Positions 62,362 through 64,000 of a DNA stretch of 64,000 nucleotides are shown in pieces. A model generated the notes under the pieces. The model ran no database searches. It saw nothing but the letters and a program-made list of their open reading frames with translations, and was not told the DNA's origin. Position 1 is the first letter of the stretch; the number at the start of each line of letters is the position of its first letter. Made by a program: the position numbers and the translations under genes. The DNA is from Squalus acanthias. Its lineage: Eukaryota. The stretch spans positions 5,642,001-5,706,000 of the forward strand of contig CM059432.1 of assembly GCA_030390025.1 (NCBI GenBank), in the 5' to 3' direction.

Positions 62362-62841
62362 CTGTTTCTCTCTCCACAGATGCTGCCTGACCTGCTGAGC
62401 GTTTCCAGCGTTTTCTCTTTTTATTGTAAATATAACAGATTATTTCCTGGTAATCAGTTGGAAAATATTTAATGGTAATACTGAAGCGCTGAGATCCGCA
62501 AGGTGCTGGTTCCTTTCGAAGACCACTTTCTGCATCAAGCATTACTAGTAGCACAGGCATCTGTGCTGTGCCTTTAAAGAGGAAAGAAACTGATCCACAA
62601 AGGAAATCGTATTTGTGATTTAAAGTATAACCAGTGCTAGACCGTAAACTAAGTGGTGTAACACTATTGAGTTTATTATGTTCTTAAATAATAATTCTAA
62701 AATTTCAGCTTTGCTCTTCTGACTCCTGAAGCCCTGTAATACTGGACTCTGTGATGCTGTCTATCTTCGATTCCTATGTCTCACATCCTTTTGTTGCCCA
62801 TCTCTAGTAGACCCAGGCAGCATCTGTGGAGAGAGAAACAG

Positions 62842-62878
62842 AGTTAACGTTTCAGGTCATTGACCTTTCGTCAGAACT
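62842..62878 (-). ncRNA. Minimal hammerhead ribozyme motif (intact, minus strand)
   Basis: Reverse complement reads AGTT-CTGACGA-A-AGGTC-AAT-GACCT-GAAA-CG-TT-AACT. Confidence 0.7.
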
Positions 62879-63022
62879 GGAAAAATGATAGGGATATCTC
62901 TAACTTTTACCAGTTCTTACGAAAGGTCATCGACCTGAAACCTTAATCCTGCTGAGCGTTTCCAGCATTTTCTGTTTTTATTTCAGATTTCCAGCATACG
63001 CAGTATTTTGCTATTATATTTA

Positions 63023-63744
63023 GGCCCTTAATTTGCAGTCAACGGCGATCACCGCTGACCTCGAAGAAAGCCGCCCACAAAGATCTAGCGATCTCCGTGG
63101 TGAAAACTTTAGCTTTCTCAACCTTAATTTGATTGTAGCGCCGCCAAAAGGGGATCTCCAGGGTACATTAGCAGTGATGTCATCAAACTGTCTAAGCAGC
63201 CAATCACATTGAAGAATTCTCATAGATAGCAAACCCAGAAATAAAAAGCATTGATTATCACTCACCTTTTTAAACATTTTACAGAGAGCGAAATAAAGAT
63301 TTGGACATACACATGGGGGTTAAGGTAGAAGCTGAAATATCACAAACAAACTTTAAAAAAATTAAAATATTTTTAAAAATCTAGTCATTTTTATCATAAT
63401 GGAGAAATTTGACATTCCAAAAATACAAAATTAGTTTTTCAGGGCCCGAACGGTGGTTCAGCAGTCAATAGGCCGTTAAAACCCCAGTGACACCTATTTA
63501 TTAAGGCTTAACTGTTTGTGGGGTATTTAACAGTGTAATTAGAGTGGGAAAGGGGAAGTTTTTGTCAGTTCAAGTGGTTTCACTGATTGCCGGCTACGGG
63601 GAGTTCCACATGCAGCCTGTGACGGCGCAGGGAATGACTGACTGGAACTTCAGGATTTCCGCATTTATCTGCGCATGCACTAAATCCTGAAGTGACGGCG
63701 AACGCTGACAGTTTCACCATCATTACCATCGCAAACTCCGGGCC
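63023..63744 (-). mobile_element. Non-autonomous TIR element, same family as 25565-26678
   Basis: Ends GGCCCTTAATTTGC / GCAAACTCCGGGCC; sub-terminal homology to 25565-25690 and 26655-26678. Confidence 0.6.
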
Positions 63745-64000
63745 AATAATTCCACAGTGAGTTAACTGCTTGAGCAATGTATTTTAATCCGAGAATACTG
63801 TCATTTTGCCCATGTTCCACTCATTTGAGTATTGGTATAAATAGTGTGGCCGCTGTGCTCCTGCTCTCTGGAATTCTTGCCCATGTTCCCTCTACCTTGT
63901 TATGACCTTTGCTCTTTTCGAAACCCTCCTCTTCGAAAGTACCTTTTTGGTTCCCCATTCCCAACCTTTCCATTTCTCTCGCCTTTTCGAAGCTCGTGTC

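Larger units (their letters stand above)
62168..63021. repeat. Long inverted repeat of a composite Penelope-derived unit (arms 62168-62389 and 62814-63021)
   Basis: Arms are reverse complements, including the distinctive junction ggtaaaagttagaga(g/t)atccctatc. Confidence 0.85.

Overview
Repeat-rich vertebrate genomic DNA, most likely from a cartilaginous fish (inferred from HE1-like V-SINE, SacSINE1-like DeuSINE and the CR1/L2/Penelope mix). It carries the ERICH5-RIDA-POP1 gene block. ERICH5 contributes its last coding exon (+, 958-1091). RIDA/HRSP12 is complete (-, 6 exons, 31430 to 12215, 141 aa). A ~360 bp CpG-rich bidirectional promoter follows, then the first nine exons of POP1 (RNase P/MRP subunit, +, 456 codons, continuing past the window). 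All exon boundaries were read by hand and are GT-AG with consistent phases. Most long ORFs in the supplied track are retrotransposon fragments or microsatellite artefacts. The most notable non-genic signal is about a dozen Penelope-derived repeats carrying minimal hammerhead-ribozyme motifs, in two sequence families, one with stem covariation and four clustered in an inverted cassette. Other signals: a phased array of four NRF1-consensus sites, a four-element nested CR1 stack, a precisely 5'-inverted RTE, hAT and Harbinger-type MITEs with target-site duplications, and small template-switch scars. No database searches or folding programs were run; family names come from recognised motifs.
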